Notes: a model not told the origin generated them from the letters alone. A DNA stretch of 51,848 nucleotides from Anaeroplasmataceae bacterium (GCA_045599405.1 JAZRVY010000097.1:1-51848), one strand, 5' to 3'. Positions 30,101 through 37,017 are shown, counted from the stretch's first letter. Numbers and translations are program-made.

Positions 30101-32196
30101 TTTTGAATTTCCTTAGTAACTCCAAGTAAACGTCCAATACATCCTGCTGTATAAACACGTCCGATATTATTGTCAGTTGATGAACCAGCAATTATATTTC
30201 CTTTGTTTTCTAGGTTCTTACAGTTATTAGTATAAGCAGCTCCTACCACTCCTCCTACACTTTGGTAGATGTTTGTAGATGATGCGAACTTACCAACTGT
30301 AACTGTTGCTCCGTTTAATAATGTATCAAGGTTACAGAATGTACCATCAGAAAATCCTAGGATTCCTCCTAATGCATTTCCTTCAATAAATCCTGATGTA
30401 TTTGTGTATATAGTTGATTTATCTGTTGAATGTCCTTCACCAGCATCAATAGATCCTGATGTAGTAACTCCATTTAAAGTTCCTTGACCAGATAATACCC
30501 CTACTGCAGTACCTGCAAAGTATCTATCTACTCCAGTTAAATCTACATTAGCATATACATTAACATTTGAAACAGTACCCTTCTCTACGAATCCAGATAC
30601 AACTCCAATAGCCTTAATATTAGATTGATTTGAATTAAAATTTTTAACATCTGCTGTTTGATAGATGTTAAGATTTGAAACTGTTCCTGTTAGCCAAGGG
30701 AATACTCCATAGCAGTCAATACCTGTTGTAGTTACCTTGTTCATAACAGTCGCATCAAAGATAGTAGGATACTTAGAAGCTACACCATTCATATCATAAA
30801 CTGTTGTTCTTCCATCCTTTTCCTTACCCTTGATTGTACATCCGATATATGAATCATACTTGTAAGAAGTTGTTGGGACATTCTTTAAGTAAATATCCTC
30901 CATGATTTGATATGTAATCTTATTTGATGCAAACATCGCAGACATGTTCATAAGTTCATACATATACATGTAATCATATTCATCATAAACATCAAATGTC
31001 TTTGTTGATGCATCATAATCAAGTCCACGTAAAATTGGAGTTTCAATATTTAAGCTTGACTTTAAGTCATCTCCATAAGATGAGCTAATATACCACTTGC
31101 TAGAAGATGCAGCAACTGCATTATTTAGTTTTAACAAAGTATCTTGATACTTTAAGTCAGCTGTAACTGTATATTTTCCATTAAATGGAATTAATCCTGG
31201 CTTATATGCAATTTTTTCTATAGATCCATCATAGCTATATGTTTCAATAGACTTATCATAGAAGAATAGATTTTCTGTTTCTCCAGAGTTAATAGCAACT
31301 ATATTTTGGCTTGATAGATATCCCATGTTAATAACCGAGTGAGATATTACAATATTTACAGCTGTATAAGAATTCTTTAGTTTTCCTGTATTAGTATAAA
31401 CTAAACCAGATACTGCTACTTGTCCAGCAACAACGATTCCGGCTTCATCCTCAATTGGATCAAGGAAATCTCTTACATATGTGTATTCTACTGTACCAAC
31501 ATTGATACCAACTAGGTATGATACCGATTGAAGTCTTGACATAATTGTACTTGCATTAATTACGATAGATGGCGAAATTAATCCAAGATTTTGAATAGCT
31601 CCTGTATTCTTAGAGAACATCGCAAAGTTTTCCATTGATGAATAAGCAAGAGAGTTTTCATTTGTTAACTCAATCATCTTTAATTCATTAATTTCATATC
31701 CATTTCCATCAAACGTTCCTGAGAACGGTTCACCTGTCTTCCATCCTACAGGAATAAATTTATGTGATTCTCCATAAACACTATAATCAATATTTGTAAA
31801 TAGCTTATACTTGTATCCAAGATACTTAGCATTTGAATTACATAAAACAGAGAAAGCATAAAGCTCTTCTGGAGTTGTGATTGTAATTACATTTGAGCTA
31901 GTTACTGTTTTTGATGTAGCAGTAATTGTATCTCCACTAATTGTATAAAGCTCATTCATTGAAATAGCTGTTGTTGATGTTGCTGTGTTTGAAGCCGAAG
32001 GATTAATCTCGTTTTGGCTTCCTACATAATGCGAAACTTGTCCTGAGAATTTTTCTGTTTCTGCTTCAGACGATTGTCCTCCACTTAAAATTCTCTTCCC
32101 ACTCTTTGTACTAAATACTGATACTATAGCTAAACAAAGGATTAAAGATATCACTGATGTTAATACTATAGTTAAAATTTTTCTTTTATTTTTCAT
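21133..32196 (-). CDS. giant (3687 aa) N-terminally anchored surface protein with a GLUG-motif/parallel beta-helix-like N-terminal third
   Basis: Uninterrupted 11,064-nt ORF after the ribosome-binding site AAAGGGGGAGA. N-terminal signal/anchor KILTIVLTSVISLILCLAIVSVFS. The module ITTPEELYAFSVL...IPVGW..EPFSGTFDGNGYEINELKM...IQNLGL..., followed by many G-x-(I/V/L)-G coil repeats (GGILG, GGVVGA, AGCIGR, AGISA, AGILGVG), is typical of GLUG-type adhesins. There is no C-terminal LPxTG or hydrophobic tail. Confidence 0.85.
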   Translation of the reverse strand: MKNKRKILTIVLTSVISLILCLAIVSVFSTKSGKRILSGGQSSEAETEKFSGQVSHYVGSQNEINPSASNTATSTTAISMNELYTISGDTITATSKTVTSSNVITITTPEELYAFSVLCNSNAKYLGYKYKLFTNIDYSVYGESHKFIPVGWKTGEPFSGTFDGNGYEINELKMIELTNENSLAYSSMENFAMFSKNTGAIQNLGLISPSIVINASTIMSRLQSVSYLVGINVGTVEYTYVRDFLDPIEDEAGIVVAGQVAVSGLVYTNTGKLKNSYTAVNIVISHSVINMGYLSSQNIVAINSGETENLFFYDKSIETYSYDGSIEKIAYKPGLIPFNGKYTVTADLKYQDTLLKLNNAVAASSSKWYISSSYGDDLKSSLNIETPILRGLDYDASTKTFDVYDEYDYMYMYELMNMSAMFASNKITYQIMEDIYLKNVPTTSYKYDSYIGCTIKGKEKDGRTTVYDMNGVASKYPTIFDATVMNKVTTTGIDCYGVFPWLTGTVSNLNIYQTADVKNFNSNQSNIKAIGVVSGFVEKGTVSNVNVYANVDLTGVDRYFAGTAVGVLSGQGTLNGVTTSGSIDAGEGHSTDKSTIYTNTSGFIEGNALGGILGFSDGTFCNLDTLLNGATVTVGKFASSTNIYQSVGGVVGAAYTNNCKNLENKGNIIAGSSTDNNIGRVYTAGCIGRLLGVTKEIQNIHNQGDITIYNIADGYTYVSGAINADVQTTQTQTPASQLKKLSKFMFYASGVSSSGTLSITTYNKRAEYAGVMNIISKNGFQSELSGIYNLGYKYSASGSKVFMNTPQTLNLHYVHKYAGVINNVGTNNSHSVNAKSVYNFRDVKYISNNAEINQLDVAYKLAGVIVGQYYNLEGIYNEGGITFDISNKFNTCADGIVVSGICQEISAGFKASGLYNNGDIIFDCDKAASCDLFFNGICYKVENGLTDVELDQYNPSSSSYNNKKVGVLDKAINNGQIKITNSTAFGSISYGNTTVTSSNGGQTIGNRYTMQNAPTRYFEKNVNVSGITYLNKSVITNTFNLGNVFGANYIKSTTTKMEVNAAGISVLNVGKYAYILNCANNGSILAANMSGATGTNEKGLVVAAGISAKNNKTEANADYTTNNGHSKQLISYSINYGDVIAYNNIDNITSSDYDPTSISAGILGVGLCNIMNTTNYGNIYGNETGSGIFGVVYFKDFKNEVTSNATSVSLANSINYGNVWQIEKGENNFKDSTSVRPRYTNIVSFASGTFGTFTKAKIELEYGNTTFTGSIFALVNFNGSSNAQYVKIRYLINFLDYIPFVGAESSTPDSTVVDTTKMYSAYLLYENGYNKVDKYLNTNMVYSPLTTGKKQVISSKDNKTDYWGVFNENFAFYKAINGEGLDASYATDSFLADYFQFVGYTKINDVLLDKIGWRAIAYSTAANDFAQNLEYVNIFVNKYNTLNSSQYSANVTTALNTGAWVSNLSSDNADALIAELFKTVSDVNTLKATIKYIFSDDCAENVYITTQLRQAIAQYILNTDATIITGSELLNFSTADGYCEVLADVLTSTTDNEIKTYVKSALNSYISQVNDATVYSLVSSYNDYLISNGAKFFNYADKAQRYNLAVDFFGSIDDDLFYTSLSYALSAEARQAIENADDVSLKLYASYTNLDADGKFILYKNILSTSRDNMEAYVSVMDNELGIYPEFTEQGYNMTNMSSYVDQVKTNSTTISDSTDNATTTARVNLYNDLRTTDTFQKYVKELLGTGRLFYDVAIDTRNTYRSDYEPITDGKYTGDVAYTYATTVTDKTYYYGPYTDANGNKRSAGTTPTVAPSLDGNQGGYKSVFVSDDKDFMDRYVADGYVTDYTPYYYEYGSGASNNQFTSVKILGNYNGSAPYFRGGDTDSSKNFGKKYGYIITDFTGCQMTSLKDVWLVDDAGVEFNARGGVISPYCRQNSTNIVTSQAKYTINRTNYSDSNYYGYFYITDANGVIHYFSTIVGDSTSSRNHTSNHNSKEHDASNLIIGANGTNCTYHGWADLIWNYGKTLYHAYATTKLHSTSYTGLYKNKDGNWWWTNKTSGTRVYTTSYIDYYADDMLTIDGIIGDYYESSGNIVQSLDERRLINRLFNEYFCKSANVNKFRSVVIACLLEKLGTKNNQVNEAFIDSFILTNINTTTKVNNTDAIKYLQCNRGGNVVTLYEYLMSTYITNDKNKLIQAYSSNKTVFQEVNQIIINGSKLTQAEYEEYFGYGTAINKILANPSAYLDANGQFNKSDFDATFSNLFNNITAATGVNIVTNTKFTAPNQYAISFDTNGSITLKLTGKETKLTIVTASSNNATGTMTFAYNAGGTISRGLTNRVTSTTTAAARTSYEYTLSNVTTLTISGSANLTINDIYSYAVETTETIIPHAGTDTLQYTKNTYNQRTTTSFTVPTLAEFAADIEANNGHSGVTISGAEISVSVYNYKTSTYYYSLVAEVTWGTKLLENQSMSRRSTVQSGYVDVSSYYGKPMYILSSNNAWYQGDQTTDVSVTAVRYKVTYGYSYNEIVTNTKEITLHYFNDGSTLAEAKDRLDNNYNPFANIDSEKIDFYGINGVTGKYAQACISKMNTNNFLRDLLVYFIPLTGNTSDVTALQNAMKADNTLLLKLAGYSNKTMNIVFDEFTDPQMIQTILSDELIDENVMFFSSIITYLKNNSAAKLTDKFKALLLSAYLATDYANIYSESLLNTSVNVSQTKFANILNTSFDSKYRYISNSGTFDFNKFDALMAYLEINTSASGYGIYALASSQGIKNGTFLPDNLTLSSMDVDYKITSNGPELISAVSSSWRGGKGETTDAQKNDVSDTSSVNYGFLVDMKQLKKSISTTVFALDLIATDGSIIYSSESNIDLDNKTITYYVPKGFEYLDGVKIYNSIIANNATLYVNNSTDLTTAFDLSVGENPNIIKVLAEDVTVIANYVLIIEEIDISFDLYESSHATSISIPYTNGTINLTLSSPAAGSVDTEKLPENFDVTPYIYIENKAGTDVFDDYELTTDCVVDENGIASLGFTIFSTLPAGDYNIVVDIYGVVKKVEFTKEASNQAYIVESEFEGKPLTWTSYQATTEIKFGEMFDYDDLTDSSSTNFYLNVLTVSDCATFTISATKALSSSTSLMTYTVSIVVTAEDGTTNTYTHMLREKEAYGGENITYADMYKDGNKAATKTWSSDMDQNKFADSFERGVEPQYQMKYSLSGFYTDGENVEYGITAPEDLAIVTALAQSGFTAVVSDSASAGTYVFNYIYKNTATWTDGEYTREYVFPEVSITKQYSTDALLGKITFLDSAVKLSTLATVMYPTSPVRPGEEKEGNEVLYSFLTESDINNKIHVDSKKINYNGYEGTNPESYIHDYFIVGTVSNANLSNYAPTFKINSYSEIYQYTTLTKLREYGKGKTTTKSDEQILSTHDGVLLYVPFVSGSSEIILLVEYTDSAWGKVYTTDYDGTNAATTLVADSVNEDKSVTYNDTLYNLADYAGNPTENRSLYMDYFGTPVDDHFWYVSYIVLSEDALNNEDSVHFKCYHVALIDLTNTIFFEMEVSTPIAVDLTSIYMNIIVNVYDDQTNEMTTKTIACNLIYDTTEGSVKKFKFEYSIPALPRGYCYFQVSLPGAYTGTFSITSQGKENTNNNTAVEAGAYLPPPSIVMQKIALDIEIIPSAEVNESNWGLSTSDEFLVTLTEKE

Positions 32197-32211
32197 GATA
32201 TCTCCCCCTTT

Positions 32212-32901
32212 CTAGCTATTTAGGAATTCATCTAGATTATCAATTCCCCATACATTCGAAGCACGGTTTGCTTGAACAATATCAATCGAGAATTGAACAT
32301 TTACCATGATTGATTCACGGTAAGAAATATTTGTTTCTGGTTCTGCATAATATGTTGAGTCAACGTCAAATGAGTATGAGTGACTTTCACTTGATGCAGC
32401 AACTGGCAGTTTTAAATATGCACAGTTAGTTGAAGCATCAAACTTCCAATTTGAATCTGTGATTGCGAATGGTGAAGTCGATGGCTTATTTGTATAAGTG
32501 TTTGTAATAACTGAGTTTGTATATACCTTTCTTGAAGTCCAAGTGTCTCTTATTTGAAGTCTTACATATACAAGCGTTGTATTAGTAAATGAGAACTTTA
32601 AACCAATTTGATTTAGGTAATCATATTCAAGCTCATCTGAATATCCATGCTTCTTTGATGCATAGCATGTAATTTTTGTTTCATTTACCTCTGCAGGTGT
32701 TGACTTTCTCTTAGCATTAAAGTCATCATCTACTCCATCAGAGTAATTTAAGAATGATTTGTTATCAATAGTTAGGCTTGCAAGACCAACCTCTTCATCC
32801 TTTGTTTCTCTATGGAAATAGTATGCCGCGCTAATAACAATTGTTGTCATAACTAAAATTGCAAGTGTTAGAGGTAAAATTATAAGCATTTTCTTTTTCA
32901 T
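32212..32901 (-). CDS. small secreted protein, TasA/camelysin-like (SipW-type signal peptide), paralog 3
   Basis: Signal MKKKMLIILPLTLAILVMTTIVISAAYYF. The C-terminal strand SIMVNVQFSIDIVQAN resembles the TasA-family terminal block (..QFSFEATQ..). It lies 4 nt downstream of paralog 2. Confidence 0.6.
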   Translation of the reverse strand: MKKKMLIILPLTLAILVMTTIVISAAYYFHRETKDEEVGLASLTIDNKSFLNYSDGVDDDFNAKRKSTPAEVNETKITCYASKKHGYSDELEYDYLNQIGLKFSFTNTTLVYVRLQIRDTWTSRKVYTNSVITNTYTNKPSTSPFAITDSNWKFDASTNCAYLKLPVAASSESHSYSFDVDSTYYAEPETNISYRESIMVNVQFSIDIVQANRASNVWGIDNLDEFLNS

Positions 32902-32905
32902 AATC

Positions 32906-33514
32906 TTACTCCTCCTTTATTGCAGTCATAGCAAGTACGTAGCTATAAGTTGCGCTTAGATAATCATTGTTTGATAATGCAACCGGATTAATTCCGTATA
33001 CATAAACATAAATGTCTGCTGTATCTTGTGGAGCTAGCGACTCAATAACATACTTGTTTGTTGTAATATCAGTCATCGAATTCTTCTCTAGGTAATCAGT
33101 TACTGTAGTTACTCCATCTCTTACATCATCATTTGCTTTTGTAAAATCCTTAGTTGCAATTGCTGACTCAATATGAGCCGCCTCTAAATCAACGCCCGTC
33201 ATATTTTGGTTTATTTCAATATCGATATTTACTCGACATTCATTTCTTAAAGTCACCTTAAAGATAAATGCCATTCTTCCAAGATATTGTCCTTCCTTTG
33301 GTGCTGTCTTATCAAAGAAGGCAATATTTTCAATATCTAAAGTTTTTACGTTATTGAATCTATCATCAACCTGATACGAGAATACGATACCAGTTGTAGA
33401 CGCATCAATAGGTTGAGTCTTATAACGTCTGATATACCATGCATGAGAAATTGTTGTTCCAATGATACAAGCTATTAGCATTAATCCAATAAATACAAAT
33501 AATTTCTTTTTCAT
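32906..33514 (-). CDS. small secreted protein with a SipW-type signal peptide, paralog 2
   Basis: Signal MKKKLFVFIGLMLIACIIGTTISHAWYI. Start set at 33514, after AAAGGAGG; the ORF-track start is 33532. Similar size and organisation to its two neighbours. Confidence 0.55.
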   Translation of the reverse strand: MKKKLFVFIGLMLIACIIGTTISHAWYIRRYKTQPIDASTTGIVFSYQVDDRFNNVKTLDIENIAFFDKTAPKEGQYLGRMAFIFKVTLRNECRVNIDIEINQNMTGVDLEAAHIESAIATKDFTKANDDVRDGVTTVTDYLEKNSMTDITTNKYVIESLAPQDTADIYVYVYGINPVALSNNDYLSATYSYVLAMTAIKEE

Positions 33515-33553
33515 AGTATTGCCTCCTTTCAAATAGTTTTCTTTAATAATTCA

Positions 33554-34285
33554 CTAAGCTGTGAATGTTACGTTTAGATGGTCAATATGCATATTTTGAT
33601 ATGAATAACATGAGTTATCATCTAAATCTAAATATTCAAGTGCGAAATAACAATATTGAGCTCCACCCGATGTAATTTGTGCACCAGTTGGTCCAAGTAG
33701 TAAGTCATAGATTTCTCCTTTTTCAATTCCAGAGATATCAGCTTCCCAAGCTTCATAATCTACTCCATGACTTCCCATTGGGATTGTTGCCATCGCATGC
33801 TCGATTGCATATTCGTCATTTACGAACACTTCCCAAACATCCTGATCATTCATAGCAATATCGTATAGCACATCACCATTTTCTAATTTAACTTGATTGT
33901 TTTCGTCTATTTCAAATACTGTAACATCGTTATATACAAGAATCTTTTCAACCATATCAATTTCAAGCTCTTCAATCATCGTTGTTGATATGTCTTCAAA
34001 TTCTGCATTTACATTTACACTTGGCTGAGTTGTAGAAAGCTTAAATCTAAAATAAAATACATCTCCTGGCCACATATCCTCAAGCTCAATTTCCTCAAGG
34101 TATTCCCACTCACCCTTAACAGGATTATATGACTCTAATTGGAATGTGCATTCCTCTCCACCAATAGGAACTAGCAATCCACTTGTTGTTCTTTTATTGT
34201 TTGTAAACCAAGCAAAGCTGATTGCGAATGAAACCAAAATCACTAGGACAAACGAAATACTATAAATTATTAACTTTTTCTTCAT
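33554..34285 (-). CDS. small secreted protein, TasA/camelysin-like (SipW-type signal peptide), paralog 1
   Basis: Signal MKKKLIIYSISFVLVILVSFAISFAWFTNN, compared with TasA GGGTWAAFND and camelysin GTFAYFSD. It has an MWPGDVFYFRFKL block like the TasA LKPGD...F.F block. The ORF-track start at 34294 is GTG; the ATG at 34285 follows GAGGTGG. Confidence 0.65.
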   Translation of the reverse strand: MKKKLIIYSISFVLVILVSFAISFAWFTNNKRTTSGLLVPIGGEECTFQLESYNPVKGEWEYLEEIELEDMWPGDVFYFRFKLSTTQPSVNVNAEFEDISTTMIEELEIDMVEKILVYNDVTVFEIDENNQVKLENGDVLYDIAMNDQDVWEVFVNDEYAIEHAMATIPMGSHGVDYEAWEADISGIEKGEIYDLLLGPTGAQITSGGAQYCYFALEYLDLDDNSCYSYQNMHIDHLNVTFTA

Positions 34286-34308
34286 TTCTCCCACCTCTTT
34301 TGTTTATA

Positions 34309-34338
34309 AAAAAAGTTGCAACACAAAGTATTGCAACT
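34309..34338 (-). terminator. intrinsic terminator acting as the riboswitch expression platform
   Basis: Minus strand reads GUUGCAA-uacuuugug-UUGCAAC followed by U7. It sits between the aptamer and the ribosome-binding site of the first operon gene, not after any gene. Confidence 0.7.
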
Positions 34339-34407
34339 GGCTATCCATAATCGGACCCTTTAGCTTTGCGTCACTAGATTACTCTAGCTTTGCTAAATTA
34401 TACTTCT
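34326..34407 (-). promoter_or_regulatory. c-di-GMP-I (GEMM-I) riboswitch aptamer
   Basis: Minus strand reads AGCAAAGC-UAGA-GUAA-UCUA-GUGACGCAAAGCUAAAGGGUCCGAUUAUGGAUAGCCAG. It shows the conserved GCAAA, a GNRA-capped hairpin, the near-invariant GACGCAAAGC, and a second hairpin closed by GCUA/UAGC followed by C. This is the GEMM-I arrangement as I remember it from Vc2 and clostridial examples. Confidence 0.75.
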
Positions 34408-34474
34408 ATATTTTATAACTTATAACTATCTTTTTCAAGCCTTTTATATAGTATATATAAATATACGTACTTAA

Positions 34475-34503
34475 ATTATACCATTTTTTATATAGTATGA
34501 CAA
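34475..34503 (-). promoter_or_regulatory. near-consensus SigA promoter for the riboswitch-led operon (TTGTCA-N17-TGgTATAAT)
   Basis: Minus strand reads TTGTCA (34503..34498), an exact 17-nt spacer, then TGG plus TATAAT (34480..34475). The predicted leader is about 180 nt. Confidence 0.65.
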
Positions 34504-34515
34504 CCTTTTAGGACA

Positions 34516-34549
34516 AATAAAAATACCCCCTCACTTATAAGTGAGAGAG
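34516..34549 (-). terminator. intrinsic terminator after leuS
   Basis: Minus-strand hairpin CUCUCUCACUU / AAGUGAGGGGG (with G-U pairs) followed by UAUUUUUAUUU, about 10 nt below the leuS stop at 34559. Confidence 0.65.
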
Positions 34550-34558
34550 TATCTAGTG

Positions 34559-36961
34559 TTACTTAATTACAATGTTAACTATTTTCTTTGGAACAACAAT
34601 TGTTTTTACAATCTCATGCCCATCTGTAAACTTCTTGACTTGTTCTGAAGAAAGTGCCTTAGCTATCACATTTTCTTGAGTCTCATCTTGTGCAACCTCA
34701 ATCTTATCGCGAAGCTTTCCATTAACTTGAACAACCATGTTAACTGTCGCACTTACAAGCTTAGATTCATCGCATTTAGGCCAAGCTTCATATGCAATTG
34801 TATTGCTATGTCCAAGAATTTGCCATAGTTCCTCACAAATATGTGGAGTAATTGGAGAAAGCAATTTTACTAACCCTTCTACGTACTCAATATTAACAGC
34901 TGGAGCCTTAGTTGCTTCATTCATGAAAATCATCATTTGAGAAATTGCAGTATTAAAGTTTAATGAATCATAGTCACTAGAAACTTTCTTTACAGTTTGG
35001 TTATAAACCATATCTAGTGATGGTGTTTGATCCTTTGTAAATTTATCTGATGATGTTGTTACAAATCTATAAACTTTATCAATAAATCTACGTGCTCCAT
35101 CTAATCCTGTTGTACTCCAAGGCTTAGCTTGCTCTAGTGGTCCCATAAACATTTCATATAGACGTAATGTATCAGCTCCATAGTCTCTTACAACGTCATC
35201 TGGATTAATAACATTTCCACGTGATTTAGACATTTTTTCACCGTTTTCACCTAGAATCATTCCTTGGTGAACAAGCTTCTTAAATGGCTCCTTTACGGGT
35301 ACTATTCCCTTATCATAAAGGTAATTATTCCAGAAACGAGAGTATAATAAATGTCCTACTGCGTGCTCTGGTCCACCTAGATATAAATCTACTGGAAGCC
35401 AGTGCTTAAGTAACTCTTTATTAGCTAATTCATCATTATTTTGTGGGTCAATATAACGTAAGAAATACCAGCTTGAACCCGCAGATCCAGGCATTGTATT
35501 TGTCTCTCTTTTTCCGACCTTTCCCGTCACAGGATTAGTATATTTTTTCCATTCAGTTGCATTTTCAAGTGGTGCAGTACCATTAATTTTTGGCTTATAA
35601 TCATCTAATTCTGGTAGAACTAATGGTAGCTCAGAATCTAGTAAAGCCTCCGAATGATCATCATAATGAACAACTGGAATTGGCTCTCCCCAGTATCTTT
35701 GTCTAGCAAAAATCCACTCTCTTAAACGGTATGAAATCTTCTTAGATCCAATTCCCTTAAACTCAAGGAATTCAATCATTTTGTTGATTGCATCCTCCTT
35801 GTTAAGTCCGTTTAAGAACTCTGAATTAATATGAAGCCCATCATCCTCGTATGCGTGCTCAGAAATATCTCCACCATCAAGAACTTGGATAATTTCTAGG
35901 TTAAATTTCTTTGCAAAATCATAGTCTCTTTGGTCATGTGCAGGAACAGCCATAATAGCCCCTGTACCATATGATGCAAGTACATAATCCGAAATGTAGA
36001 TAGGAATTTCCTTACCATTAACAGGATTAATAGCATATGCTCCTGTAAAGGCTCCCGTCTTTTCTTTGTTTAATTCTGTACGCTCAAGCTCTGACTTTGA
36101 TGCGCACTCTGCCTTATATGCTTCTACTACAGCCTTTTGAGCTGCAGTTGTAATCACATCAACAAGCTTATGCTCAGGTGCCATAACACAATATGTCGCA
36201 CCAAATAATGTGTCACATCTAGTTGTAAACACAGTAAATGATTCGTTAGTATTTTTAATTTTAAATGTTACGTGAGCTCCTATTGATTTACCAATCCAGT
36301 TACGTTGCATTTCCTTAGTAGATTCAGGCCAATCTATTTCATCAAGACCATCAATTAATCTTTCAGCATACTTAGGAATATCCATAACCCATTGCTTCAT
36401 ATTTTTTCTTACAACAGGGAATCCTCCACGCTCAGATTTACCATCAATAATTTCATCATTCGCAAGAACTGTACCTAGCTCCTCACACCAGTTAACTGGC
36501 ATATCAATTTGCTTAGCTAATCCATCATTGAACAGTTGCTTAAAGATCCATTGTGTCCACTTATAGAATGATGGATCACATGTCGAAACCTCTTTAGACC
36601 AGTCAAAAGAGAATCCTAGCATCTTTAATTGTCTAGTGAATGTTTCAATGTTCTTCTTTGTAAATCCTTCAGGATGATTTCCAGTCTTAATTGCAAATTG
36701 TTCTGCAGGTAAACCAAAGGAATCATATCCCATTGGGTGAAGAACATTATATCCTTCCATTCTCTTCTTTCTACAAACTATATCTGTTGCAGTATATCCC
36801 TCTGGATGTCCAACATGTAAACCTTGTCCAGATGGATATGGGAACATATCTAACGCATAAAATTTAGGCTTAGAGAAATCCCATACATCAGTCTTAAATG
36901 TATCATTCTCTTCCCAATATTTTTGCCACTTTTTTTCTATTTCTGTATGATTGAATTCCAT
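34559..36961 (-). CDS. leuS: leucine--tRNA ligase
   Basis: [16 protein letters not shown] (HIGH-type motif), the CP1 editing domain, KMSKSRGN (KMSKS) and an 800-aa length are typical of bacterial LeuRS. Confidence 0.96.
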   Translation of the reverse strand: MEFNHTEIEKKWQKYWEENDTFKTDVWDFSKPKFYALDMFPYPSGQGLHVGHPEGYTATDIVCRKKRMEGYNVLHPMGYDSFGLPAEQFAIKTGNHPEGFTKKNIETFTRQLKMLGFSFDWSKEVSTCDPSFYKWTQWIFKQLFNDGLAKQIDMPVNWCEELGTVLANDEIIDGKSERGGFPVVRKNMKQWVMDIPKYAERLIDGLDEIDWPESTKEMQRNWIGKSIGAHVTFKIKNTNESFTVFTTRCDTLFGATYCVMAPEHKLVDVITTAAQKAVVEAYKAECASKSELERTELNKEKTGAFTGAYAINPVNGKEIPIYISDYVLASYGTGAIMAVPAHDQRDYDFAKKFNLEIIQVLDGGDISEHAYEDDGLHINSEFLNGLNKEDAINKMIEFLEFKGIGSKKISYRLREWIFARQRYWGEPIPVVHYDDHSEALLDSELPLVLPELDDYKPKINGTAPLENATEWKKYTNPVTGKVGKRETNTMPGSAGSSWYFLRYIDPQNNDELANKELLKHWLPVDLYLGGPEHAVGHLLYSRFWNNYLYDKGIVPVKEPFKKLVHQGMILGENGEKMSKSRGNVINPDDVVRDYGADTLRLYEMFMGPLEQAKPWSTTGLDGARRFIDKVYRFVTTSSDKFTKDQTPSLDMVYNQTVKKVSSDYDSLNFNTAISQMMIFMNEATKAPAVNIEYVEGLVKLLSPITPHICEELWQILGHSNTIAYEAWPKCDESKLVSATVNMVVQVNGKLRDKIEVAQDETQENVIAKALSSEQVKKFTDGHEIVKTIVVPKKIVNIVIK

Positions 36962-37017
36962 ATATAATCATCTCCATTAAAAAACACTTTAATATTTTAT
37001 CATAAAATTTATAAATT

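Noticed and set aside
36962-37017. A search for T-box leaders upstream of leuS and of the aro operon (18391..18462), since Firmicute aminoacyl-tRNA synthetase and amino acid operons often have them.
   Set aside because: The gaps are only about 55 and 70 nt. That is far too short for a T-box (about 200 nt or more). I also saw no AGAGA/GNUGGNA T-box sequence elements.
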